Virus record (IMG/VR): IMGVR_UViG_3300026479_000008
Strand: one strand, 5' to 3'
Source of the DNA: an uncultured virus (IMG/VR IMGVR_UViG_3300026479_000008)
Lineage: Duplodnaviria; Heunggongvirae; Uroviricota; Caudoviricetes
Length of the DNA: 64,000 nt
Part shown: positions 29,445 to 38,763 of the stretch, piece by piece
How the letters are laid out: each line of letters opens with the position of its first letter
Position numbering within the stretch: position 1 is the first letter of the stretch
Notes under the pieces: model-generated
What the model was told of the DNA's origin: nothing
What the model saw: only the letters and a program-made list of their open reading frames with translations
Databases searched by the model: none
Program-made: the position numbers and the translations under genes

Positions 29445-29762
29445 TTAATATTCAAATGGTGGAGTTCCATAATCATCTTGTTCGATGCCATACCATACTC
29501 CTGATACTTGTAAATACCACCATCCATATTTAGTGTCGTCTACTACTTTAAATTTCTTAGGTAATTTAACAGATTTTTTTGGAGCTCTAGCAATATACTT
29601 TAAAACTGGAACACCATCGTCCCATGTTTTTTTAGTAGATCTTGCTTGAACTGATTGTCCATCTGAAAACGCATCAAATGCTTTTGCATCTTCTATTTCA
29701 TCTGCTAATAAATCGATAGCTGATTCATTAATGTATTGTTCAAATAATTTTACTTTTTTCAT
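29445..29762 (-). CDS. Putative internal head protein (105 aa)
   Basis: N-terminus MKKVKLFEQYINE|S, capsid-targeting-like. Confidence 0.6.
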   Translation of the reverse strand: MKKVKLFEQYINESAIDLLADEIEDAKAFDAFSDGQSVQARSTKKTWDDGVPVLKYIARAPKKSVKLPKKFKVVDDTKYGWWYLQVSGVWYGIEQDDYGTPPFEY

Positions 29763-29763
29763 T

Positions 29764-31098
29764 TTACCAAACTATGTTTTTATTATCCCATTTAGCCATT
29801 CTTTGCTTAAGCTCTAGTGCTTTACGCTTAGCATCTCTCATATACCAAGAACTTGATGAACCGAATTTTTCTTCTTCAGTTTTCATATTAACGTATGCTG
29901 AAACATATCCTTGATAATCTGACAATATATTTGCAATATAATTGGTTAAATCTCTAGGTCTAATTTCTCTTCCTTTAGGGTCTTTTCCTATTGTTAATTC
30001 GTTATAGTTTCCTAATTCTTTTTTAGCTAAACCAGCCATTAAGAATTGGTGTGCATCTTCGATAATTTCTTTAACTTTCTTGTCTATTTTATCTGGGTTA
30101 TCAGCTTTCTTCGCAAGAATATCGTTATACCTTGTTAAGTTATCCTCTTTGATTTTCTTAGGGTTTGTAAGTGCAGTAGCTCCAGATTTTGCCTCTGCTC
30201 TTGCAGATGTCTTATCATCGGTAGATAAAGAAGCTCTTAATGTGTCTAAATTAATAATGTAACATTCGTCAGACATTTCCGCAATTCTTTTAATGTTACC
30301 TAATCCCGTTCCACTATATTGGTTGTGTGATTTGTTAACACCGACAGTATCTTTAGATCCAGGGTATTTACCCATGTTCTTAAGTCTTCTTGTGTTTTTC
30401 TTACCACCTATTGTGTCGCTGTTTCTATTCCATATTGAATCGTTCTGAAACATTTCATTTTTTCCATTAGAAACAGCTAATAAACAATTTCCAGGAATCA
30501 TTTCAACATATCTTCCGGAAGAAGGAGCATATTCATTTTCTTTTTCATTTCTAGAAATCCAAAATACAATTACGTTTCCGAATGTTTTTGCTTTCTTATA
30601 AACTTCAACTGGGTTGCTATTAGAAATTATCATATCATCGGTAACTTTATCTAGTGCTACTTTAGCAAGACCGTATATACCTTTAATTAATTCCTTACCA
30701 CCTTTTTTGATGTCTATTAATCCTCTTAACTTGGAAGAAGCTAGAGCTTCATTAAGTTCTAAAGATTCAGTTGCTCTGTATTTTGCAAATTTACCCTTTT
30801 TAATTGTTTTAACTAATTCAGCTTCGCTATCGTCCATGTGACCATATACATCATTATGTGTTGCTGCGTTTACTATTTCACCAGCATCACCAATAAAATA
30901 AGTTCCTCCTGCATATTCGTCTCCATCCATATCTAGATCAAAACCACCGGAATCTAATGAATTTTTAGAAATTGTGAATTCTTTTCCGTCTGCTTTTGAA
31001 AGAGCAGCTGCTAATTTTTTTGCTATTTTAGCAGTATCTTTCTGCTTCATAACCTTTGCTTCATTGATAAAATTATCGAAGTTAGTATATAGTTTCAT
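29764..31098 (-). CDS. Putative head-packaged two-module protein (444 aa)
   Basis: MKLYTNFDNFINE|A; internal ESLELNE|A; GATATATA at 31123-31130. Confidence 0.6.
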   Translation of the reverse strand: MKLYTNFDNFINEAKVMKQKDTAKIAKKLAAALSKADGKEFTISKNSLDSGGFDLDMDGDEYAGGTYFIGDAGEIVNAATHNDVYGHMDDSEAELVKTIKKGKFAKYRATESLELNEALASSKLRGLIDIKKGGKELIKGIYGLAKVALDKVTDDMIISNSNPVEVYKKAKTFGNVIVFWISRNEKENEYAPSSGRYVEMIPGNCLLAVSNGKNEMFQNDSIWNRNSDTIGGKKNTRRLKNMGKYPGSKDTVGVNKSHNQYSGTGLGNIKRIAEMSDECYIINLDTLRASLSTDDKTSARAEAKSGATALTNPKKIKEDNLTRYNDILAKKADNPDKIDKKVKEIIEDAHQFLMAGLAKKELGNYNELTIGKDPKGREIRPRDLTNYIANILSDYQGYVSAYVNMKTEEEKFGSSSSWYMRDAKRKALELKQRMAKWDNKNIVW

Positions 31099-31132
31099 TT
31101 TATATTGTTTTGTTTATAATAGTATATATCTT

Positions 31133-34100
31133 TTAATGTAAGGAATCATGTGCTAATTCATTAGCTAAGTCTGGATTATCATCTGTGAAATCTGATAATT
31201 CTTCGTCAGTCATTTCTTTTCCATTAGAATATTCACCATAACTAAAGAATGCATCTGTGAAATCTGGATAATCTTTCATATCAACATCTTCCATTTCTAA
31301 TGAACTAATATCTACTTTCTTTCCTTTAAATTTAATATAATTAGCTTCGTTAATAAAAGATTCTAATGTTAAACTAACAACTGGTTTAATTCCAGTTAAT
31401 ATTCTTTTTCCAAATTTAGAAAGACCAATTCCATTTTCACTTACTGTAAAGTATTTAGAATTTCTTCTCATCCATCTTTTATTATCGATTGATTTTTCTT
31501 TTAGAATATTATTGAATTCTTCTTCTGTTAATACACCATCCGCTAATGCCTCGATCATTGCGTTTCTGACTTTAGCAGTTCTACCTGAAGTTTGTGCAGG
31601 ATGATTATCGGTATATCTTCTTTTTATTTGAATTTTAGATTCTCTAAGACCCGGTTTCATTACGTTTAATTCCCACCACTGTTCTAATTGGTGATAAATA
31701 TTTGCACCCATGTTTGAAATCATGAAGTCAATTACATCATCATAATTGTCTTTTTCATCTTGATAAAAACCAGGAGTATCGATATATTCTTTACCCATTA
31801 TCTTTCTAACTGCTCTTTCTGGCATAGCATCGATTTCTTTTAAAAATTCTTCGAAATCTTCATCGTTTTTAAAACCCTTAGCTTCAATAACCATTGATTC
31901 CATTAGGCCAATAGCAATCTCTCCAACTTCTCTATCGCCGCCGTCAACATATCTTTTGTTAAGTATTGCAAATTTAAAACCATCTGCTTTTATCGTATAC
32001 ATTGGCATCATACTATCACTATAGTCGTATTTGTATTTACCTGCTTTTAATTCTTTACCGATTGCAAAGAAATCTTTAGCTTTACCTACTAAATCTGCAA
32101 GATTATCTAAGTGGTCACCGGCGTCGTCCTTTTCATTAACTAATGATTCATAAACTCCTTTTTCAATGTTCTTGATTAAGAGTTTAGCACCCTTCTTGTC
32201 AAGTTCATTTTGAATAAAGTCCATCATTTCGTTGGGATCTTCAGCATCTATACCAAATTCAGATGCTAAGTTTTGATATGCATCAAATTCCATATTAGAA
32301 ATAGTGTCTTCTAAGTCTGCATACACATCTTCATTAACTGCTGATTCTACCATTACTAGCCCTATATCCTTATATGCTATTTCATGCTCTCCACCGTCTT
32401 GATCTAGTGCAAATACTGATTTATCATGCCACATTGCAGCATTGTCATCGTTATTAGAATCAGGATTATAAATGATATATTCTTTTCCGTTTCCGGTTTG
32501 AATCATTGCATCATCTGCATCTCCTAATTTTTTTAATAATGACTTTTTAGTATACCTTTCTTCAACAGCTTCACCTGACGTATATTCAAAATCATTATAT
32601 AGTGCCTTTAACCATTCTAAAAACTCTGGAGTTTTCTTCATTACTTTCTTATGTCCGTATTCTTTAAAGAATTCTTTCTGAAAAGTATCAAATGATTTGT
32701 GATTACCTATCATTTGGTGAATGTCAGACATAACACCCTCACTGATAACTAATTTTACATCTTTGTTTTTACCAGCTACTGCATCATCTAGTTCATTTGT
32801 AAGAGCTTTCTTTTTTGCTGTTAAATCTATTAGCTGCTGTCTAGTTGCTGCTTTCTCATCACTTCCATCTTCCGCAGCGATGTATATCTTTACAATATCT
32901 TTCATCTTATTAACTGTTTCTCCAAATTCCTTTGAAATCTTGTTAATAGATCTAGCTTCTAATATATTAGATTCTTCAATGTATTCTCCTAATTCAGGAT
33001 CGTCCCATCCATTAGGATCGGCTAATACTGATTGTAAATCTTCTCTTGAACCTGTCATTTCAACTTCTGGCCAATTGCCACCAGGGCCGTTCATTGTTAA
33101 AACTTTCATTTTAACATTATATTTCTTTAAAAGCTTTTTGAGTGTTTTTGATTTAGGATCTATTGCATCCATTACTACAGTAGCTTCATTTAAATTTTCG
33201 TCTAGCTTATCAAAGAATCCACCATGTTCACTTTGTAAATCTTCACCATACTTGTCGTCCCATATTTTAGCTAATTCATCTTTAGTAATTTTACCTTTAT
33301 ATTTTCCCATGATTTCAACATAGACACTACCATATTCATATTCAAAATCTTCACCATAAGAAAAATCCCATGCCTTTTCAACATCTTTAATTGTAAGCTT
33401 TTTGGCTTCAGTAACCTTTGATTCATACCATCCGTTTTCGTAATCGTCATCATCTTCATAATCATCATACTCAGGTTCTTGATACCATGATTGATTTGGA
33501 TCAGATTCTGCTTCTTCAGTAAAGTCATGTCTTTTCCAATTAAATCTTGGATCTTCAACTAATGCAGGGAATAATGTCTTTTTCTTTTTATCTTTGGTCT
33601 TTATTTTACCGAATGCTAAATCAATACCAAGTTGTCTTAATTCTTTAAATGAACCTTTCATTGTTTTAACATCTTCTTCAGTATATCCATTCATTGTAGC
33701 AACAAGATCATAATAATCCATTCCACCAAATTCACCATATCCTTCATAATCCTTTTCCGTCCACTTGTTACCCATATTATCATACATAAATACTGTAATC
33801 ATGTTCTGTCTTTCAGAACCTATTTGTGTGTTTGTATCGGATGTAAGCCATGAAAATTGACCTTCAACTATCATCTGTTCATGTAACAATTGAGCACCAG
33901 TCGTTACAATGTTTAAATAGCTTTCAGGAATTCCATTTACAAAGTTATGTAATTCTGGTTCGAAATCTGGCATACCACATGCATATCTTGGATATGTTGC
34001 TCCTTCTGTATTTACAAGAATACTCATTCCATAATACTCTCCAAGCTCACCTGATTCAGTGTTACAATATAATACAAATACCTGTGGCACTTGAACTTTA

Positions 34101-34351
34101 AAGTTAGATTGTAATGGATATTCGTTATGACATCCTAATTCTTTAGTAGTGTATACGTCTAAGGAATGTAATTCTTTATCATATTTAGTTAATTCTCTAT
34201 ATGGAATAGAAGCTCTTTGGTTAAATAGATCTCCCCAATAAGAAGGCTTTCTCAAGGAATATTTCCCAGAAACCTTTTTGTATACTTTATATAAATCAAC
34301 GTTTTCGTTCATTGAATTTACAAAGCTTTCGAATGTTTTTTTAGTGCTCAT
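31133..34351 (-). CDS. Putative head-packaged polyprotein (1072 aa, about 11-12 modules)
   Basis: MSTKKTFESFVNSMNE plus about ten E-S-x-[VILM]-x-E-type linkers. Confidence 0.65.
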   Translation of the reverse strand: MSTKKTFESFVNSMNENVDLYKVYKKVSGKYSLRKPSYWGDLFNQRASIPYRELTKYDKELHSLDVYTTKELGCHNEYPLQSNFKVQVPQVFVLYCNTESGELGEYYGMSILVNTEGATYPRYACGMPDFEPELHNFVNGIPESYLNIVTTGAQLLHEQMIVEGQFSWLTSDTNTQIGSERQNMITVFMYDNMGNKWTEKDYEGYGEFGGMDYYDLVATMNGYTEEDVKTMKGSFKELRQLGIDLAFGKIKTKDKKKKTLFPALVEDPRFNWKRHDFTEEAESDPNQSWYQEPEYDDYEDDDDYENGWYESKVTEAKKLTIKDVEKAWDFSYGEDFEYEYGSVYVEIMGKYKGKITKDELAKIWDDKYGEDLQSEHGGFFDKLDENLNEATVVMDAIDPKSKTLKKLLKKYNVKMKVLTMNGPGGNWPEVEMTGSREDLQSVLADPNGWDDPELGEYIEESNILEARSINKISKEFGETVNKMKDIVKIYIAAEDGSDEKAATRQQLIDLTAKKKALTNELDDAVAGKNKDVKLVISEGVMSDIHQMIGNHKSFDTFQKEFFKEYGHKKVMKKTPEFLEWLKALYNDFEYTSGEAVEERYTKKSLLKKLGDADDAMIQTGNGKEYIIYNPDSNNDDNAAMWHDKSVFALDQDGGEHEIAYKDIGLVMVESAVNEDVYADLEDTISNMEFDAYQNLASEFGIDAEDPNEMMDFIQNELDKKGAKLLIKNIEKGVYESLVNEKDDAGDHLDNLADLVGKAKDFFAIGKELKAGKYKYDYSDSMMPMYTIKADGFKFAILNKRYVDGGDREVGEIAIGLMESMVIEAKGFKNDEDFEEFLKEIDAMPERAVRKIMGKEYIDTPGFYQDEKDNYDDVIDFMISNMGANIYHQLEQWWELNVMKPGLRESKIQIKRRYTDNHPAQTSGRTAKVRNAMIEALADGVLTEEEFNNILKEKSIDNKRWMRRNSKYFTVSENGIGLSKFGKRILTGIKPVVSLTLESFINEANYIKFKGKKVDISSLEMEDVDMKDYPDFTDAFFSYGEYSNGKEMTDEELSDFTDDNPDLANELAHDSLH

Positions 34352-34371
34352 TTTTATTTGTATTTGTTTAT

Positions 34372-35451
34372 TTAAACTCGGTTAGGCTTTATTTTATATT
34401 TAAATTTACCTTGTGTAATAGAATATATTTGTAATTCGCTAGTTTTTCCAGGTAATTTCTTGTAATAGTGAAAAGCTACTATTTCATGATCTTTAGACTC
34501 TATAAAAAGGAATGGAGTAGGTATATCTCCTACTGCTGAAATTACATCGTCTTGTATTTCAGTAAATGTTCTAACGGAAGGCTCAGTCTCTATTATACTT
34601 TTAATTTTTTCTGCAGTTTTAGAGTCACTTAGCTTTCCTAATTCTACGTCATTAAATTTAATTACTAATGCGCCGTTATCTTTATCTCCAGGACCTATTT
34701 TAAAATCTCTTTCACTAGAAGAAAGGGCCTGAATATCTGTCTTAGTTAAATTTTGAATATGCTTAAATCTTTTTCCACCTACAGTTCCCCATTCATTTAT
34801 CCAACCTCCACCGGCAGCCATATCTTTACCATCTCCGTCCGGGTTGATTTCTTCAATATTATATTTTACTGCGTCATATAATGCCGTTAACTTCGGTACA
34901 TAAGTACTATTAATTCCCTGGTGTTTTGCACCTGTTCTCCAATTTTGTAACATGCCCTTTGACATTTGAGCTTCTTTTAACTCACATTTACCAAGGGGTG
35001 GTTTAATTGGTGACCACCTTTCATTATATAATTCTAAGTCAGTATCGGCCGCACCTCCACCTATTTTTATATTTTCTACAATATACGCTAGCATTATTTC
35101 TCCAGCACCAATTCCATTATCGTCTCTTCCAATATTAAACAATTCGTTTGCTTCGCTTTTATTTAACATTAAATATTGAAAAACTACTCCGAATGTATCG
35201 TCATCCATTTTAGAAAGCCATAACCTGCCATCAGGTTGTTGTTTAACATCCTGTGTTGAAGTAAACTTAACACCTTGCCATGGACACTTATTCTTTTTAA
35301 ATGTTCTATTAATTGAATTAAATAAATTCTGTTGGGCAGATTTACTTCCGGTCGTTGCAACTCCAATATAGGATTCTATAATTAACGCTTCATTTTCAGC
35401 GTTGGTTTTTGCAGCACTATGTAGTGCTCTTTCAAAATCGTACCTATCCAT
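34372..35451 (-). CDS. Putative restriction-endonuclease-like (PD-(D/E)xK) protein
   Basis: GIGAGEIML...GGGAADTDL...CELKE; LIIE|S near the N-terminus. Confidence 0.45.
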   Translation of the reverse strand: MDRYDFERALHSAAKTNAENEALIIESYIGVATTGSKSAQQNLFNSINRTFKKNKCPWQGVKFTSTQDVKQQPDGRLWLSKMDDDTFGVVFQYLMLNKSEANELFNIGRDDNGIGAGEIMLAYIVENIKIGGGAADTDLELYNERWSPIKPPLGKCELKEAQMSKGMLQNWRTGAKHQGINSTYVPKLTALYDAVKYNIEEINPDGDGKDMAAGGGWINEWGTVGGKRFKHIQNLTKTDIQALSSSERDFKIGPGDKDNGALVIKFNDVELGKLSDSKTAEKIKSIIETEPSVRTFTEIQDDVISAVGDIPTPFLFIESKDHEIVAFHYYKKLPGKTSELQIYSITQGKFKYKIKPNRV

Positions 35452-37315
35452 TGTTTTCTAAAAATTGTTTAAATGTTAATAATGATTCAGCAACTTCATT
35501 TGATTCTGAAGTACCTACTGAATCTTCTAATTTTTTCTTAAGTTCGCCATACATTTTATGTAATGCTTTGGGTGTTGTTGACTTAAATAATCCTTCATCT
35601 CCGTCTAGCATTGCGTTTCTAACCTGAGTCGCTGAAATATTATTGTCTGTTCTTGGAATTTCAAATAATCCAAAATCACTCCTAACTCCAAGATCTTCTC
35701 TATAAGAATCTTTATTTACTTGGAATCCGTAAGTTTTCATTCTATCGCTTCCTGTTCCCCATAATACGGGTTCATAAGTTGGTCTCATTGCATTGAACAT
35801 TGTATCAATACCTCCGGTTGGAATTACAAAGATTTCTTTTAAGAATGGATATTGTTTTTGAACCGCCTTAAACATATCTAATTGTGTCTTCTCATCATAA
35901 GGTCTTTTAAATGCATCTTCCTTTTTCTTATTCTTTGCTTTTACTAATAAAACAACCACAGGATATCCATTTTCTTTGTGTATAGTTTCTAATACTTTAG
36001 CATGTCCAAGTGTAAATGGTTGGAATCTACCAACAAACATATTTACTAATTCTCCTCCTTGTTCAGGATGATCTACTTTAAGTGCTTCATTTAAATTAAC
36101 ACTTGTCTTTACTTTATTATGTAATATGAAATTATTAAAGTCGTATATGGAATTTTCATCGGTATTCTCTACAAATACTTTCTTATCTATAGTTTCTACT
36201 ATTTGATTTAAATGCTCTAACATTTCTGCATTTATGATATCGCTTTCCTTGCTTCTCTTTTTTCTAAAAGAACCTAAAGTTATTTTAAATAATTCTGCAA
36301 GTATTTCGTTTTCAACATAAGAAAGAGTGGTCTCGTTCTTAATGTATTTAGTATTTAGTTTAAAGGAATCTGAATCTGCAAAATCAGCTGATTCAAAGTT
36401 AACACCAATAAACTTAGCAGAGTGTTCTTTAACATACGTATTAAACATCACTGACATTAATTCAATATATCTCCAGTCTGCTGTTTCTTCATTTAGTTGA
36501 ATGTCTTTCATTTCAAATGTAGAAATAAATTCAATAAGACCAGCAATAGTAATTTGATACATGTGGCTTGATCTCTTATTTTCACTAACAGTTCTTGTAA
36601 AATCTTCTAATTTAAAAGATCTAGATTTTTTCTCATCAATAAAAGAAACTATTAATCCGTCAATTTCTACTTCAAAGTCTTCATTTAACGTAGGAGAAAC
36701 TGCATTTGGATTAAATGTCTTAATCATCTTTTGAGTGAAAGGTAATCTTGCATCTGTATTTGGATCATAATCAAATGCTTCAGAAAACTCCTTATCTGAC
36801 ATAGATAAAACACTTATTAATTCTTCTTTTTGCATTTGAGATAGCATACCATCAAACACAATGCTAGGTCCTTGAACCTCTAATATCTTTGCCCATTTAT
36901 TTAATATAATTGGATCGCTAATTGTTTTTCTAATCTTACCTGACTCATTCATAGTTTGAATGTGCGTAAGTATTAAATTGTTTTTAGGTAGTTTAGTATA
37001 TTTATATTCTGACACGTTTAATTCAGGTAAATATTCAAAACCAAATTTCCAATCATGTGGCATTTGTTCCTTTATACTAGGATCTAAACTTTGGATGTGC
37101 TTGACACCTGTTTCATATAAACCTACTATTGTTCTGTCTATCATGTTCATTCTAGAATCTCCAGATTTGTAATATTCAAATTTAGTCTGGTTTCTTCTAA
37201 CGTGAAATGAAGCTCCTTGTATTTTTTCAGTTACTAGAACCCTGCTATTCAACATATCTTGAAATGCATTGATATTAGTTTCCTGAAATACTTGTCTTAG
37301 TTTTTTAAGTGCCAT
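35444..37315 (-). CDS. RNA-ligase-like nucleotidyltransferase domain fused to a HIGH-family (NMNAT/cytidylyltransferase-like) domain
   Basis: VTEKIQGASF (ligase motif I-like), EIDGLIV; C-terminal GRFQPFTLGH, GSDR, ISATQVR; domains separated by VNLNE|A. Confidence 0.7.
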   Translation of the reverse strand: MALKKLRQVFQETNINAFQDMLNSRVLVTEKIQGASFHVRRNQTKFEYYKSGDSRMNMIDRTIVGLYETGVKHIQSLDPSIKEQMPHDWKFGFEYLPELNVSEYKYTKLPKNNLILTHIQTMNESGKIRKTISDPIILNKWAKILEVQGPSIVFDGMLSQMQKEELISVLSMSDKEFSEAFDYDPNTDARLPFTQKMIKTFNPNAVSPTLNEDFEVEIDGLIVSFIDEKKSRSFKLEDFTRTVSENKRSSHMYQITIAGLIEFISTFEMKDIQLNEETADWRYIELMSVMFNTYVKEHSAKFIGVNFESADFADSDSFKLNTKYIKNETTLSYVENEILAELFKITLGSFRKKRSKESDIINAEMLEHLNQIVETIDKKVFVENTDENSIYDFNNFILHNKVKTSVNLNEALKVDHPEQGGELVNMFVGRFQPFTLGHAKVLETIHKENGYPVVVLLVKAKNKKKEDAFKRPYDEKTQLDMFKAVQKQYPFLKEIFVIPTGGIDTMFNAMRPTYEPVLWGTGSDRMKTYGFQVNKDSYREDLGVRSDFGLFEIPRTDNNISATQVRNAMLDGDEGLFKSTTPKALHKMYGELKKKLEDSVGTSESNEVAESLLTFKQFLENNG

Positions 37316-37325
37316 ATTATATTAT

Positions 37326-38696
37326 TTATCTTCCGTACTTTATGATTCCCATCAGCTGATTGATAGCAGCAAAAGTACCTGTTAGTTTCATAGTCTTTCC
37401 TTTATATACAAAAACTATTCCTTCAGTTGGTATGATAGATTCTACTCCTCCAATTCTATCTAATCTCTCTAGTTCTTTCATTACCTTTTCGATCTGAGTA
37501 ACGCTTCCATCTTTTTTGATCTTTTCAGATTCTGATCTAATTTGATTATGTAGTCTTTGCATCTCTTTGTCTGGATTTGCAGCTACAAAATTAGAAGCAT
37601 TCATAAGAATTATAGACCCTAGTTCTAAAAATAAATCTTCAAACGGTCTAATGTTTTCTTTATATTTCTTTTTAACATCTTCTTTGTCAAATTTCTTAAC
37701 AGAAGCAGCTTCATCTTTTCCTATCTCCTTTGCAAGTGATCTCATATTTAAAGACTTTTTATCTCCATAAGCCCATCTTAATAATAAACCTTCCTTATAG
37801 TCTTGTTGTAAATCTGGGAAATTTGCATCTATTGTTTCTCTCCACCACATTTCATGATATCTAGAAACTTCGTCACCGTCTGTTAAGTTATAACGATCTC
37901 TTAATTTTTCAATCTGCTTTATAAATTTAGCTTGATTTTTATCAAAATTAATATCTTTACCTAGTTTTAAAATCTGAGGAGGAATTATTGTAAATGTCTT
38001 TTGAACATCGGCATCTACTTCCTTTAAAGCTTTGACTAATTCTCCTGCTATTTTTCTAGATCCTGTAATATTACCATTCCCATCAGTTTCTTGAATATCG
38101 TGAAATTGAAGAACATCTCTTTCGTAATAGATTACATTTGGGTTTTTAGAATAGATTAATTCTATATTTATAAAATCTTTACCGTCATTAAATATGGACT
38201 GATCTTTAATTTTTGGAAGAGCTTCATTTAGATCTTTAGCTGCAAACACGTATGTTTCTCGCACTAAAGGTACCTCATGCTTTTCAAACATTTCTATAAT
38301 ACCGTCTAAATCAACGGGACTAATTAATTGACCTTTATTTCTAGAAAACATCGTAACTCCGTTTTTTACGGTTGCTAATAGATTTTGACCGTCTGTTTTT
38401 TCAGTGGCTACCTCTTCAAAGTTTAATTCTCCTTGAAGACCGGACGTTACGATCTTTTTAAAATCTGCGAATGTTAAATCTTTTTCATCGAAAGGATGAG
38501 ACATGTGACCAGCTGCACCGCCTTCTAAGATTAATTCTTCTTTAAGTGTATTGTATTTTTCAACGATATATTCGTCAAATGATAAAACTTTACTCTTATT
38601 TTCACTCATATAATGTGCAACATATTCCTCTCTGGTCATGCCTTGTGCATCTGCGTGATGTTGAATAAAATCTACAAAGTTGTTATTTAGTTCCAT
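37326..38696 (-). CDS. Ligase-fold nucleotidyltransferase-like conserved phage protein
   Basis: LILE|GGAAGHMSHPFD, TEKTDGQN (KxDG), EGIVF, KLTG; preceded by VLSFDEYIVE. Confidence 0.65.
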   Translation of the reverse strand: MELNNNFVDFIQHHADAQGMTREEYVAHYMSENKSKVLSFDEYIVEKYNTLKEELILEGGAAGHMSHPFDEKDLTFADFKKIVTSGLQGELNFEEVATEKTDGQNLLATVKNGVTMFSRNKGQLISPVDLDGIIEMFEKHEVPLVRETYVFAAKDLNEALPKIKDQSIFNDGKDFINIELIYSKNPNVIYYERDVLQFHDIQETDGNGNITGSRKIAGELVKALKEVDADVQKTFTIIPPQILKLGKDINFDKNQAKFIKQIEKLRDRYNLTDGDEVSRYHEMWWRETIDANFPDLQQDYKEGLLLRWAYGDKKSLNMRSLAKEIGKDEAASVKKFDKEDVKKKYKENIRPFEDLFLELGSIILMNASNFVAANPDKEMQRLHNQIRSESEKIKKDGSVTQIEKVMKELERLDRIGGVESIIPTEGIVFVYKGKTMKLTGTFAAINQLMGIIKYGR

Positions 38697-38715
38697 GTAT
38701 ATAGCTAATATAATT

Positions 38716-38748
38716 AAAAAACTTGACCCGGAAAAATCCAGGTCAGTT
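38716..38748 (-). terminator. Probable intrinsic terminator
   Basis: TGACCTGGA-TTTT-TCCGGGTCA stem (one G-U pair) followed by a U-tract. Confidence 0.6.
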
Positions 38749-38763
38749 TATTTTTATTTTTTA

